From Haliotis cracherodii (lineage: Eukaryota), in contig NW_027266272.1 of the NCBI RefSeq assembly GCF_022045235.1, positions 6,758,001 through 6,822,000 of the forward strand: DNA of 64,000 nt. The letters are read 5' to 3'. Made by a program: the position numbers and the translations under genes. The notes under the pieces are model-generated. The model searched no databases. It was given only the letters and a program-made list of their open reading frames with translations, and was not told the origin of the DNA. Positions within the stretch are counted from its first letter, which is position 1. The number at the start of each line of letters is the position of its first letter. Positions 25,488-37,815 of the stretch are shown one piece after another.

Positions 25488-25892
25488 ACAAACGGTATGG
25501 ATTTCGATGTGGGTCTGGATACACTCAACATTTCGCGAACACCTGGTGTCATCACTATTTGATAGTTATTCATAAACTCTTTCTTTACAACGAACAACGG
25601 ACTCAATGGAGATTTCCTTTGATTATGGAAATTGTTTTGTCGGTTTTATTTATATTTTCATCTTACAATCTTGGAGTAAAATTAAGTTTATGATGTATTT
25701 ACTGAGCTATAATACTCAAAAGAAGTAAATGAACGCCCGTTATTTTCATATGTTCTTTTACGTCTTTTGAACAGAGGGGGCATAGGCGAGGGCCAATTGA
25801 CAGTCCTTGCAAGTTTGATATAAATCTTTGAAACGCTATTGAAAGTTGCAATTCTGATTTCTGCTAATTTTGAGATCTTAAATCCTGAAAAT

Positions 25893-26044
25893 AGAGGTTA
25901 TCCCGCGAGTGTGTTTGGGGATGGTAAATATCCTGCATTAGGAATAAACATTGTATTTAGCGAGCCTTGGCGAGCTAAATACATAGTGTTTATTCCTAAT
26001 ACAGGATATTTACCATCCCCAAACACACAAGCGTGATAACCTCT
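25893..26044. mobile_element. 152-bp near-perfect palindrome (MITE-like)
   Basis: Arms of about 70 bp (agaggttatc...gataacctct) around centre gcgagccttggcgagc. Confidence 0.8.
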
Positions 26045-27248
26045 TTATCATATAATGTCATTCTTTAATTCTGTGCTTCAAAATTGCTTTCCTTCTTGGA
26101 ATGCGCGCATAAATATTTATTACGTCACAGGGTAAGTGATGTGTCAGTCGGACAGTGACAGTAGCTAATATAGTTACAACTGAAATCTGTTTCTTATACA
26201 GTGGCGAAGCAACATATATACGCAAAACAGCAATTGTTTTTTATTGCCTTTCGCGGCAATCCATCGGTCTGTCCGCTAGAGTAACTGTCCTTTGTCAAAG
26301 GGAAGCTACTCTAACCCTAGTCTATGAGACGTCACGGCCACGATCAGACGTTGTTGACAGTCGGTCTGTCCTGTCATAATGTTTAGAAGTGTAGTCAGAT
26401 GTACACACAGCGACAAAACGAAACAAGGTAACAATTCAAACATATTTCGGCCAAATCCAACTATTTTAATTTGTGGAGAAGGTTTCAAGCCGCAGAGGTC
26501 TACAAGCACAGATATGGCTACTGATCCCGCTTGGCTTGGCCTCGTGCCCTCGCAAAATTGTTTCGAAATTTATTTCGCCAAAGTTGCCAAAACTTATAAA
26601 ATACCTTAGCTACGTCACAGTTAGACACTGGTTTTCAGTACATTAGACTGTTCTTTTGATAATGATAGCAATTATTCCTGTAGTTAGTCCAGATTCCCGA
26701 TGGTTAATTCTGACTCGATCGCCGAATGACTAGGGCGACGCCATGTTTGTTTATAAACATCATCAACATCAAAATCATCATCACCATTATCATTATCATT
26801 ATTGTTAATAGAAGCATTAACTAGGGGCTGACGAATACCTGCAGTTTGTTAAAAAGTTCTTATGTCTATGGACAAATACCTGTTTTCAGCAAAAACGTGT
26901 GCAGTGCACAATAAGATGTAGAAAACATAATCTCAGTATTACCGCTACATCGCTACATATACAACTATATGGTTCTTAAGGTGTGGTGAAATGTATGCAT
27001 GTATGTATACATAACATAATATGACATTATGATGATGTTTATAATGTACTATAAATTGTATGTGACAATCTGAGACACATGTGAATGTATATACATATTT
27101 GTTGGGGAAATAAAAACATAAATAAAACAAATAAAAAAATCTTTGAAATTTAACTTATTATCGTCATAAGCCAATTATATAAACATTTTCTCATGTCTTG
27201 CACACAGCACAAGCTAACATGCCTACAATTGTGTCACCCATATTTAAA

Positions 27249-27392
27249 GTGGGTGAGTGAATATGGGTTTACGCCGCTTTCAGCAATATTCCAGCAGCAT
27301 TGCGGCGGGGTACACCAGAAACTGGCTCCACAAATTGTCTCCATGTGGGCAATCGAACCCGGGTTTTCAACCCTTTAACCGTTAGGCTGCAC
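27249..27392 (-). mobile_element. SINE family C, degenerate
   Basis: tttacgccgctttcagcaatattccagca..aatcgaacccggg. Confidence 0.8.
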
Positions 27393-27762
27393 AGCCCAAT
27401 TAAAGTGGAATTAATGGTGAGATGAATATAAGTTTGTTTAATTATTCCATCATGGTTTTAACCTACTGTCAAATCAGTTTCCGGTAACGACATGGAATAT
27501 ATATTAAAATATTAAATATAATTACTGTAATACAAATTTTATAAGGTGCACAATAATGAAACACACAGGCAGGGACAAACCAAGGATCATAATCCGGGCG
27601 ATTATATTAGTATGTGATTTGATTCTTCGGAGCCTGGCCCACCTAGGGGACACAACTCTGCAGAGGGAATTGCGGCGTATCAGGTAATGGGGACAATCAT
27701 TTTAGAAAATAACAATTAAAGTAGCATAAATTGTAAAAGATTGTAAAAACATAACCAAAAAA

Positions 27763-27934
27763 TGGGCGGCGAGTTAGCCTAGTGGTTAAAGCGTTCGGTC
27801 ATCACGCTGAAGATCCGGGTTTGATTCCCCACATGGATACAATGTGTGAAGCTCATTCGTGGTATCCCCCGCCGCGATATTGCTGGAACATTGCGAAAAG
27901 CATCGTAAAACTAATTTAAAAAACTCACTCACTC
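27763..27934 (+). mobile_element. SINE family C
   Basis: tagcctagtggttaaagcgttcg..gggtttgattccc..actcactcactc. Confidence 0.88.
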
Positions 27935-29242
27935 AAAACATAAAAAAAAAACATATCCTAAGTTCAGCAACACAAATTAATATCGTGTTGGGTCCTTGTC
28001 GAAAAACTGTCGTTTTTTACTGAGACCTTCATAATATCGAGCTTTCCTCTCACATCAAGCTCACGTGCCATGATGCCAACCACCCGACCAACGTCATAGC
28101 AGCTCTGGAATATGTGGATGACACGCAGCGTTAACAACTTGAAATAAATGGTTCTTCGACGTCATCATACCGGAAGTTATGTCCTCGCACCTTGTTAATA
28201 AAAAGGGTGAATCAAATACAAACATAACAGCAATTCATGTTTTTTGCTCCATTACAACACCCCCCCCCCCCCCCTCCATCTTCAAGGAATACTTTCATGA
28301 ACAATTCGAAACCAAAATACAGCGACACCTGAAATTCCCTTCATGAATATGTTACAAGAATTTCGTTTTAATACCCAATATATGATAAGCTGCACGTACT
28401 TAACACCCAACTATACATCTTGCCAAAGTCATTAACGCGAATCTCCGTCCGTCCAACCTCAGAAGCTCGTCAGTCATAGCTAAACAGGCAGCGTGAAGTA
28501 GAGTCGTCCATAGGGTGAATACGTTCATCACACAAATCGGTGTCTCCCGGAGATATTCGATAAATGTTTGTTATCTGTTTCAAAGACATGATAGACTGCT
28601 GGTATGTAAACATTTTACCTCTCCGGCCCCCCGCCCCCTCAATCGGTGCCTCGAACGTGGAACGGTGCTACCTGTTATGCGATTCCTGCTATCTTGATGT
28701 GCCCTTTCACCCGACTAATGAGTCTGGGACGTGGCGATATCATTTGTTATCTTAAGCCGCGCGTTGCGCTGTTCCCTGTTGGAGAACGCTGCTTGAAATC
28801 ACAACGTTAAAATGTTTTGTCTCTGGCTTGTTACAAGCCATCTTCTGAGCAGGGTGCGCGTGCGATCTGGTTTTAGTCCAGCAAGTCCATTAATGTTGCT
28901 CGTTTCAAACACCCTGCGTCTGGTGTTAAAGGGCTTGGGGCTTATTTGATATGCTTCTGACTTCAGATAGGGGTTCAGTTTGAGCGCCGCCATAATTAGG
29001 GTTATACTGTCATGGTGGACAGACTGTGACGGCGGTAGGGTAGGAGGGGGCTTCGAGCGACACTGCTCGAACAGTGTCATATTGAATGAGCGATGAAGAT
29101 TTACTGTTCTGCAATTTCTGGGGTATTTTTCTTTTTTGATGCGCAACTTTAATTTTTTATCGTATAAATTATGAGCTGTCCCTGTCTGCTTGCAGAGGCA
29201 TTTTGTTGGGAAACTGATGCCTGCAAATACCCCTCTCGTACG

Positions 29243-30008
29243 CACACAAACCAGCACACTACACACACACTCACATACTCACTTACACACATACTCATTC
29301 ACACACACACAGATACTCACATACACACACTCACATACTCACTTACACACATACTCATTCACACACACATATACTCACATACACACACACACATACTCAC
29401 TCACACACATACTCATTCACACACTCACACACAGATACTCACATACACACTCACATACTCACACATATACACACTCACATACACACTCTTACACACATAT
29501 TCACATACACACACTCACATACTCACACACATACTTACACACACACTCACATACATACACTAACTCACATACTTACACACACACACACTCACATACACAC
29601 ACTTACACACATACTCACACACATACACACTCACATACTCACTCAAATACACACACTCGCATACTCATTCACACATATTCTCAAACACATACATACTCAC
29701 ACACACGTGCACTCACACAAACATACACACGAACACATACACGTAGTCACACTCATACACTCACATACACGTACACTCACATACACGTACACTCACACAC
29801 ACGTACACTCACATACACGTACACTCACACACACGTACACTTGCACACATTCACACTCACACATACACTCACACACACATACACTCATACACACGTACAC
29901 TCACACACACACTTACACTCACACACACACTCACCACGCACACACATACACGCACACACACACGCGAACACTCATACACACACGTACACTCACACACACA
30001 TACTCACC
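29243..30008. repeat. Degenerate (CA)n compound microsatellite
   Basis: CA/CT/TA mosaic; source of the His/Thr-rich ORFs. Confidence 0.95.
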
Positions 30009-30049
30009 ACCCTCCATAGGAATCTGAACTGTCACACGCACTGGCCAAA

Positions 30050-30204
30050 CAGACGACCAGTCCTTGTTAAGGCCCTAAATGCCGAGCGCCAGACAGGGTC
30101 AGTACCATCTTTTAACGTCCTTTGGTAAGACGCGATCCGGGATCGAACCCCGGATCTTTCGGTCTCCGGGCGGACGATCTCCCACTAGACCACTGAGGTG
30201 GTCG
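30050..30204 (-). mobile_element. SINE family B, 5' half
   Basis: cagtccttgtt..gccgagcgccagacaggg..gatcgaaccccgg..actagaccactgaggtggtc. Confidence 0.85.
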
Positions 30205-30257
30205 GCTTGTGTTAAAACAAAGACAGGCAGAGTAAGCGAGGGGTGAAATAGTACGGG

Positions 30258-30516
30258 TTGTGTCAGGTGGTTCAGTTGTCTGATGTGGAGCGACTCAGTG
30301 ATCTCCGTTCCTTGGACCGAGCTGGATCCTATGATCGTGGGTTCGAATCCCAAGTTGTGATCCTTGGTATGTCAGCACCATATCCGTGTTCGTTGGTTTC
30401 ACCACGAGATGTCAATATCTAGGAGCTGCATCACTTTCCTCCTTCACCATTGTAAAATGACAAGCTGTGATATACTGAAATACTTTTCAAAGTGGGATGA
30501 TACCTCACTTACTCAC
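30258..30516 (+). mobile_element. SINE family D, old and degenerate
   Basis: cctatgatcgtgggttcgaatccc, gtcagcaccatatccgtg, tgcatcact, gtgatatactgaaatact. Confidence 0.75.
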
Positions 30517-31520
30517 CATTCCGAACACACACACACCCAATCACTTACTCATCCACCCATGCAAACCCCCAACCACTCACTCACACATACTTCTAAACTC
30601 CCACCCACTCACTCACTCATCCACCCACCTACTACAAAACTCTCACCTACTCGCTCACTCATCCACCCACCAACTACAAAACTCTCACCTTCTCGCTCAC
30701 TCATCCACCCATCCCTTACAAAACCCCCACCCACTCACTCACTCATCCACCCACCCACTACAAAACTCCCACCCACTCACTCACTCATCCACCCACCCAC
30801 TACAAAACTCCCACCCACTCGCTCACTCATCTACCCACCCACTACAAAACTCCCACCCACTCGCTCACTCATCCACTACAAAACTCCCACCCACTCGCTC
30901 ACTCATCCACTACAAAACTCCCACCCACTCGCTCACTCATCTACTACAAAACTCCCACCCACTCGCTCACTCACCCACTACAAAACTCCCACCCACTCGC
31001 TCACTCATCCACTACAAAACTCCCACCCACTCGCTCACTCATCCACTACAAAACTCCCACCCACTCGCTCACTCATCCACTACAAAACTCCCACCCACTC
31101 GCTCACTCATCCACTACAAAACTCCCACCCACTCGCTCACTCATCCACTACAAAACTCCCACCCACTCGCTCACTCATCTACCCATCCACTACAAAACTC
31201 CCACCCACTCGTTCACTCATCCACTACAAAACTCCCACCCACTCGCTCACTCACCCACCCAAACCCACATCCAGTCTATCACTCAGGCGCCCACCCACCC
31301 ATCCAAACCCTTCTCAACCCACTCCCTCACCTCCTCACATAAACACTCACCACTCACTCAATCACCCACCTATCCAAACACCCACTCACTCACCCTACCA
31401 TGCAAACTCCCACTCGCTCACCTAAACACCAACCCACTCGTTCACCTAAACACCCATCCACTCACTCACCTATACACCCACCCACTCACTCACCTAAACA
31501 CCCACCCACTCACTCACGCA
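30517..31520. repeat. 34/42-bp minisatellite (ccactacaaaactcccacccactcgctcactcat) within CACT/CCAC simple repeat
   Basis: Period 34 in the core; 42-bp variants carry 8 extra nt. Confidence 0.93.
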
Positions 31521-32289
31521 CTCCAGCCATTCGCTAAGCAAAACTACCTTCAAGAACAACCCAATGACCTTGATTCCCACGTGTATGTGAATCGCGAGAA
31601 TGGATCGTCACAAAAAAGTAACAATTATTGTGTTATTTGTGTCACATTTGACATTCTGCATTCGAAAGTATAACCAATAGATTACATTAAACAGTGTTAT
31701 AACACTGTAAATCTAAACCCGCAAGAACAAAGTCCAAGTAGGTCGCTTCTGCTCAAATCGCTTTAGAGTTATTGTGAGTTTAATTTAATTGACGCCAGCT
31801 GTTCACCTGTGGGTCTGCATCTAGTCCCGTGCCAATAACATTTACATCCCCGTGTTCTTACAGGGCTGAGTCTCTATAAAACGCAATTGATTTACACCAA
31901 CTGATCTTTATCAAGAGGCCGTCATATTAGTCAAAATAGATGTCAGACCCGGTCCGCAGAGGCAATTAAACAACCAGCATTCTCCTGCGTCGAGAAATTA
32001 AAACGGCTGTGGTAGGCAACTGTTCTGTTAGATCGACAGACTTTTCTTGGCTTCATTTTAATATATCCCAAAGTGTTGCTTGTCTTATACGTTTACCACT
32101 TAAGTGAAACCAATTAGCAGGGATTTGGTTCTGTTGTTCCAAGGATGATAATCGGGCAAATAATGGGACTCGAACCTACACCTAGAGATTCAATTACGAC
32201 CTTTAAAGGATGTCACCCTCTGTCAAGAAGATTTTAGTAGACTGGGGCTGCATTAATGACGGCACAGATTGTTCTACAGATTGAGGGTA

Positions 32290-33465
32290 TATTGTGTCAC
32301 AGACTCGTCTACAGACTAAAGAGCACATTGTGTCACAGACTCGTCTACAGACTAAAGAGCACATTGTGTCACAGACACGTCTACAGACTAAAGAGCACAT
32401 TGTGTCACAGACTCGACTGCAGACTAAAGAACACATTGTGTCACGGACTCGTCTGCAGACTAAAGAGCATATTGTGTCACAAACTCTGCTACAGATTAAG
32501 ATTATATGGTGTCACTGACTCGTCTGCAGACTAATGAGCATATTGTGTCACATACTCATCTGCAGACTAAAGAGCACTTTGTGACACAGACTCGTCTGCA
32601 GACTAAATAGCACTTTGTGTCACAAACTCTGCTACAGATTAAGAGTATATGGTGTCACAGACTCGTCTACAGACTAAACAGCACATTGTGTCACAAACTC
32701 TGCTACAGATTAAGAGTATATGGTGTCACTGACTCGTCTGCAGACTAATGAGCATATTGTGTCACATACTCATCTGCAGACTAAAGAGCACTTTGTGACA
32801 CAGACTCGTCTGCAGACTAAATAGCACTTTGTGTCACAAACTCTGCTACAGATTAAGAGTATATGGTGTCACAGACTCGTCTACAGACTAAAGAGCACAT
32901 AGCGTCACAGACTCGTCTGCAGACTAAAGAGCATATTGTGTCACAGACTGGTCCGCAGACTAAAGAGCACATTGTGTCACAGACTGGTCTGCAAAAAATG
33001 AGCATATTGTGTCACAGACTCGTCTGCAGACTAAAGAGCATATTGTGTCACAGACTGGTCTGCAGACTAAAGAGCACTTTGTGTCACAGACTCGTCTGCA
33101 GACTAAATTGCACTTTGTGTCACAAACTCTGCTACAGATTAAGAGTATATGGTGTCACAGACTCGTTTACCGATTAAAGAGCACATTGCGTCACAGACTC
33201 GTCTGCAGACTAAAGAGCACATTGTGTCACAGACTGGTCCGCAAACTAAAGAGCATATTGTTTCACAGACTCGTCTGCAGACTAAAGAGCACATTGTGTC
33301 ACAGACTGGTCTGCAGACTAAAGAGCATATTGTGTCACAGACTGGTCTGCAGACTAAAGAGCACATTGTGTCACAGACTGGTCTGCAGGGTGAGAGCATA
33401 TGGTGTCAAGGACTCGTCTGCAGAGTAAGAGCATATGGTTGCAAAGACTCATCTGGAGACTGAAG
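32290..33465. repeat. 36-bp minisatellite (attgtgtcacagactcgtctgcagactaaagagcac)
   Basis: About 32 units; about 214-bp higher-order duplication at 32471 and 32685. Confidence 0.95.
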
Positions 33466-34129
33466 ATCCTTCTGTATTATAACCATGGCCACAACATCTG
33501 CTGACTACCGTGCACGTTGTGCATGTCATAGACACGGTGACTGCAGACCAAGATCTACACTGTGTCACGGATACAGACACGGGGTAGGCAGGCTAAACTG
33601 CACATTATTTGACAGTTTCCAGTTACAACAGAATTTATTTCCCAAGCAACATTTAACTTCTTTTTAACTGTCTGCGGTTCCACATAATTTGCGAGCAACA
33701 CTAAATACTCTGCAGGAACAGTTGTCCGTCACGTGATTCTCACAGAACCCTCATCTGTTCGTGGTGCCATGTAAACAACTGGTGTGTGTCTAGGATGGTC
33801 CAGGTAGCTCGTGCACCGGCAACAAGATGGAGAACAGCATCGTTAGAGGTCGATATAGAGGGTGGCTGCCGACTTGGTCCGTTACCTAGCTTCATTTCGG
33901 AAATTGAAAGATAAACATCGGCTTCATCTTAATTATGTAATTACATCCGGGTCAAATGCCCGGATGAAAACCACCAGCACTCACGGCAGGAAGGATGTGA
34001 AGGAATAAACAGCTTATGTCCTGGCAGCAGGAGTATGTAGGGTGAGGAAACGCGCAGGCCTAGCGTGGGTGGAACGGTTGGTACGTAGATCTTACGCCTG
34101 TCACGTATACGGCGCATGACTTTTGCCTC

Positions 34130-35600
34130 ACACATGACGTAAAGTGTTACTTTTACGGCGTCTGTTGTCTTAACACACGACGTTAAGTTTTACTTGTTCG
34201 GCGTCTATTGTTCTTCACATTACGTTAAGTGTTACTTGTACGGCGGTTTTTATTTTCGTTCACATTACCTTAAATGTTACTTGAACGGTATCTAGTGTCT
34301 CACGCATGACGTTAAGTGTTACTTTTACGGCGCCTATTGCCTCACACATGACGTTAAGTGTTACTTTTACGGCGTTTTTTGTCATTTAGTTGGCGTTAAG
34401 TGTTACTTTTACGGCGCCTATTGCCTCACACATGACGTTAAGTGTTACTTTTAAGGCGTCTATTGTCTTACACATGACGTTAAGTGTTACTTTTACGGCG
34501 TCCATTGTCTTGCACATGACGTTAAGTGTTACTTTTACGGCGTCCATTGTCTTACACATGACGTTAAGTGTTACTTTTACGGCATCTATTGCCTCACACA
34601 TGACGTTAAGTGTTACATTTACGCCATCTATTGTCATTCAGTTAGCGTTAAGTGTTACTTTTACGGCGCCTATTGCCTCACACATGACGTTAAGTGTTAC
34701 TTTTACGGCGTCCATTGTCTTACACATGACGTTAAGAGTTACTTTTACGGCATCTATTGCCTCACACATGACGTCAAGTGTTACATTTACGCCATCTATT
34801 GTCATTCAGTTAGCGTTAAGTGTTACTTTTACGGCGTCTATTGCCTCACACATGACGTTAAGTGTTACTTTTACGGCGTCCATTGTCTTACACATGACGT
34901 TAAGTGTTACTTTTACGGCGTCCATTGTCTTACACATGACGTTAAGTGTTACTTTTACGGCGTCTATTGCCTCACACATGACGTTAAGTGTTACTTTTAA
35001 GGCGTCTATTGTCTTACACATGACGTTAAGTGTTACTTTTACGGCGTCCATTGTCTTGCACATGACGTTAAGTGTTACTTTTACGGCGTCCATTGTCTTA
35101 CACATGACGTTAAGTGTTACTTTTACGGCATCTATTGCCTCACACATGACGTTAAGTGTTACTTTTACGGCGTCCATTGTCTTACACATGACGTTAAGTG
35201 TTACTTTTACGGCATTTATTGCCTCACACATGACGTTAAGTGTTACTTTTACGGCTCCTATTGTCTTACACATGACGTTAAGTGTTACTTTTAAGGCGTC
35301 TATTGTCTTACACATGACGGTAAGTGTTACTTTAACGGCGTCTTTTGTCATTCAGTTGGCGTTAAGTGTTACTTTTACCGTGTCTTTTGTCCTTCACATG
35401 GCTTTAGGTGTTACTTTTACGGCGTTTATGGTCTCCCACGTGAAGTTAAGTGCTGTTTGTACAGCGAACATTGTCTCACGCATGACGTTAGATGTTACCT
35501 GTAAGGGGTCTGTTGTCTTACACATGATCAGCAACCATTGTCTCATACTTGATGTTATATGTTAACAATAACGGCGTCTAGTGTCTCATGCATGACGTTA
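34130..35600. repeat. 42-bp minisatellite (catgacgttaagtgttacttttacggcgtccattgtcttaca)
   Basis: About 33 units; degenerate tgacgt-periodic flank continues to about 36580. Confidence 0.96.
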
Positions 35601-35788
35601 GGTGTGCCTGTATGTCGCCTGTTGTCTCTCACGTGTTTTGTGTAACTTGTAGGGCGTCTCGTTTGTCATGTCCAATATTAAGTGTGACGCTTTCGATGTC
35701 TAGGTTGCTCATATAGGACAGTATGACACATGTGTGATGCATACATGTAGGGTCACACACAATGTAACGTTTAGCTTCTTAGGCATGA

Positions 35789-36054
35789 GACCCGTGAAGA
35801 TCCGGGGTAGAATAGGTCTTCAGCAACCCATGCTTGCCATAAAAGGCGACTATGCTTGTCGTAAGAGGCGACAAACGGGATCGGGTGGTCAGGCTCGCTG
35901 ACTTGGTTGATACAGGCCATCGATCCCAATTGCGTGGATCGATGCTCATGATATCAATCACTGGATTGTTTTGTCCAGACTCGATTATTTTACAGACCGC
36001 CGTCATATAGCTGGAAGATTGCTGAGTGCGGCGTAAACAACAAACCAAACCAAA
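35789..36054 (+). mobile_element. SINE-like family A, full length with 12-bp TSD, no tRNA head
   Basis: TSD tcttaggcatga at 35777-35788 and 36055-36066; starts gacccgtgaagatccggggtagaataggtcttca; (AAAC)n-type tail. Confidence 0.93.
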
Positions 36055-36110
36055 TCTTAGGCATGACTCCCAGTCCTTTGCGTATGACGTTTGGTAACAC
36101 GTTTATCATG

Positions 36111-36322
36111 ACGACAAAGTAGGCACAATGTATGGATAACAACTTTATTTTACCTTAAAGGCGACGTTTCGGTATAGATTCTTGTACCCTTGTCAGCCAA
36201 TCCTGAATAATGAACAATTATTAGTCCAAAACGTCGCCATTACAATAAAATGAAGAAGGTGTTATCTATAAATTGTGTCTACTCATCCGTCAAATGCCTA
36301 TAAAACAAAACGTTGATCACGC
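36111..36322. mobile_element. Penelope-like inverted pLTR remnant with two degenerate minimal hammerhead motifs
   Basis: Inverted arms about 36113-36172 and 36226-36291; - strand ctgacaag-ggta..tacc-gaaacgtc; + strand ctgaataa..gtcc-aaaacgtc; TSD cgtttatcatg at 36100-36110 and 36323-36333. Confidence 0.65.
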
Positions 36323-36642
36323 CGTTTATCATGGTTGACATCTAATGTCATAGTTATGACGTTTAATGTCATCCGTATTATGTCAAGTTTGCATCTATGA
36401 CGTTCAATCCCGTCGCATTATGGCGCCTACTCTAACGACTACTGATAGTGTCGACGGTAACGGAAATGACTTGATATGACGTTATCAAATACATGTCTCA
36501 CGCGGGATATTATGTATGACGTTTAATATATGATTTCTAGTGCCATACAAATATGACGTCTACTTCTTTTCCTCTGACGTGTATCGGAATGACCAGTATT
36601 CAAAACAGAACTTAACAACGTACATTACATTTAAGGGGAGTT

Positions 36643-36938
36643 GAGGTGAAATAGGGTTTAACGTCGCGACCAACATTATTGCTCATATATAGCGACGTGT
36701 ATGGCTGCTTGTACTTGTCCTGTCTGATGCCGATTTTACAGTGTGCTAACACACTGAGATACCAATTACATGAATAATCCACTCAGACACAGTATACTGA
36801 CTCTGAGCCGACGAGTCGTCGGACAGGGTAACAACAAGTTCAAACTTTTATGTCTTTTGGTATGACGCGGACGGGGATCGAACCCCGGACCTTCCGCCCT
36901 CCGGGCGGATGCTCTACTGCTAGACCATGGAGGCTGTC
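36643..36938 (-). mobile_element. SINE family B with internal deletions
   Basis: gaggtgaaatagggtttaacgtcgcg..ggggatcgaaccccggaccttccgc. Confidence 0.88.
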
Positions 36939-37578
36939 TTACATATAAATGATATGTGAAGTATACATTTAGGAGGATGACATGATGACAGGTAACGTTC
37001 TCGTGGATTTCTCCCGGAACAACAGATTTGCGGATTACGGAGTAATCATCACTTTATAAGTAAACGTTTCAGTCGATTTCCATTTAATCTCCAGGTACGA
37101 TGTTTCGCTGTTTATAGAAAACACAGATTTATGTAAGTCGTATCTCTGTAGGGCTGCAAGAAGGTGATTGTTATCCGTAACATGTGGATCCATAAAAAGA
37201 GTTTGTCAATATCTCCGGTGCTGTTATCTGCTGTGGATCTTAGACTGGTTTTGTTAATCTATATCACTTTGAGAAAGATAAACAGACGTATTTGTTCAGT
37301 GTTGGAGGCATACAGGATAAGAATGATGATGTTCATGTAGCGCACGGTTAATTTTGTCTGGTTTGAACAGGTTTCTTTTAATCAAGGGCCCCCCTTTTCC
37401 GGAAACCCCATCTTTCGGTTGTTTACTTTAATAATACAACTTTTTGCATATATCCCTTAATGATTGATTTGACTATTTCACACAGAATCACATAGTCCGG
37501 AATAACGAGGATTGGGTGGTCACAATGTGTGATCTGACTGATGATGTGTATAGGACATCGATTGCGTGGACTCATCAC

Positions 37579-37815
37579 TGTTTGGTTGTTTGTTGTTTAA
37601 CGCCCCACTCAGCAATATTCCCGCCGTATGACGGGGGTCTGTATATGATCGAGTCTGGGCCAGACAGTCCAGTGATTAACAGTATCAGCATCGATCCACG
37701 CATGTGGGATACGATGACCTGCATCAACCAAGTCAGCGAGCTTGACCACCCGATCCCGTTAGTCGCCTCTTACAAGTATCGGTTGGTGAAGACCAATTCT
37801 AACCCGAATCTTTAC
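37579..37815 (-). mobile_element. SINE family A (single-hairpin head variant)
   Basis: cactcagcaatattc..caaccaagtcagcgag..gttagtcgcctcttac..tgaagaccaattctaacccg. Confidence 0.88.

Noticed and set aside
28799-29266. 155-aa - strand ORF in non-repetitive DNA
   Set aside because: Starts inside the CA repeat at a non-ATG codon; no recognisable motif or splice support
29243-30204. CA array as an expansion of the adjacent SINE B internal CA tract
   Set aside because: That SINE is on the - strand, so its tract would read TG on the + strand
29171-31425. His/Thr/Pro-rich ORFs of 280-350 aa
   Set aside because: Products of CA- and CACT-type simple repeats
34386-35565. 391-aa ORF of MTLSVTFTASIVLH repeats
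   Set aside because: 42-bp tandem unit with a non-ATG start and no splice or domain evidence
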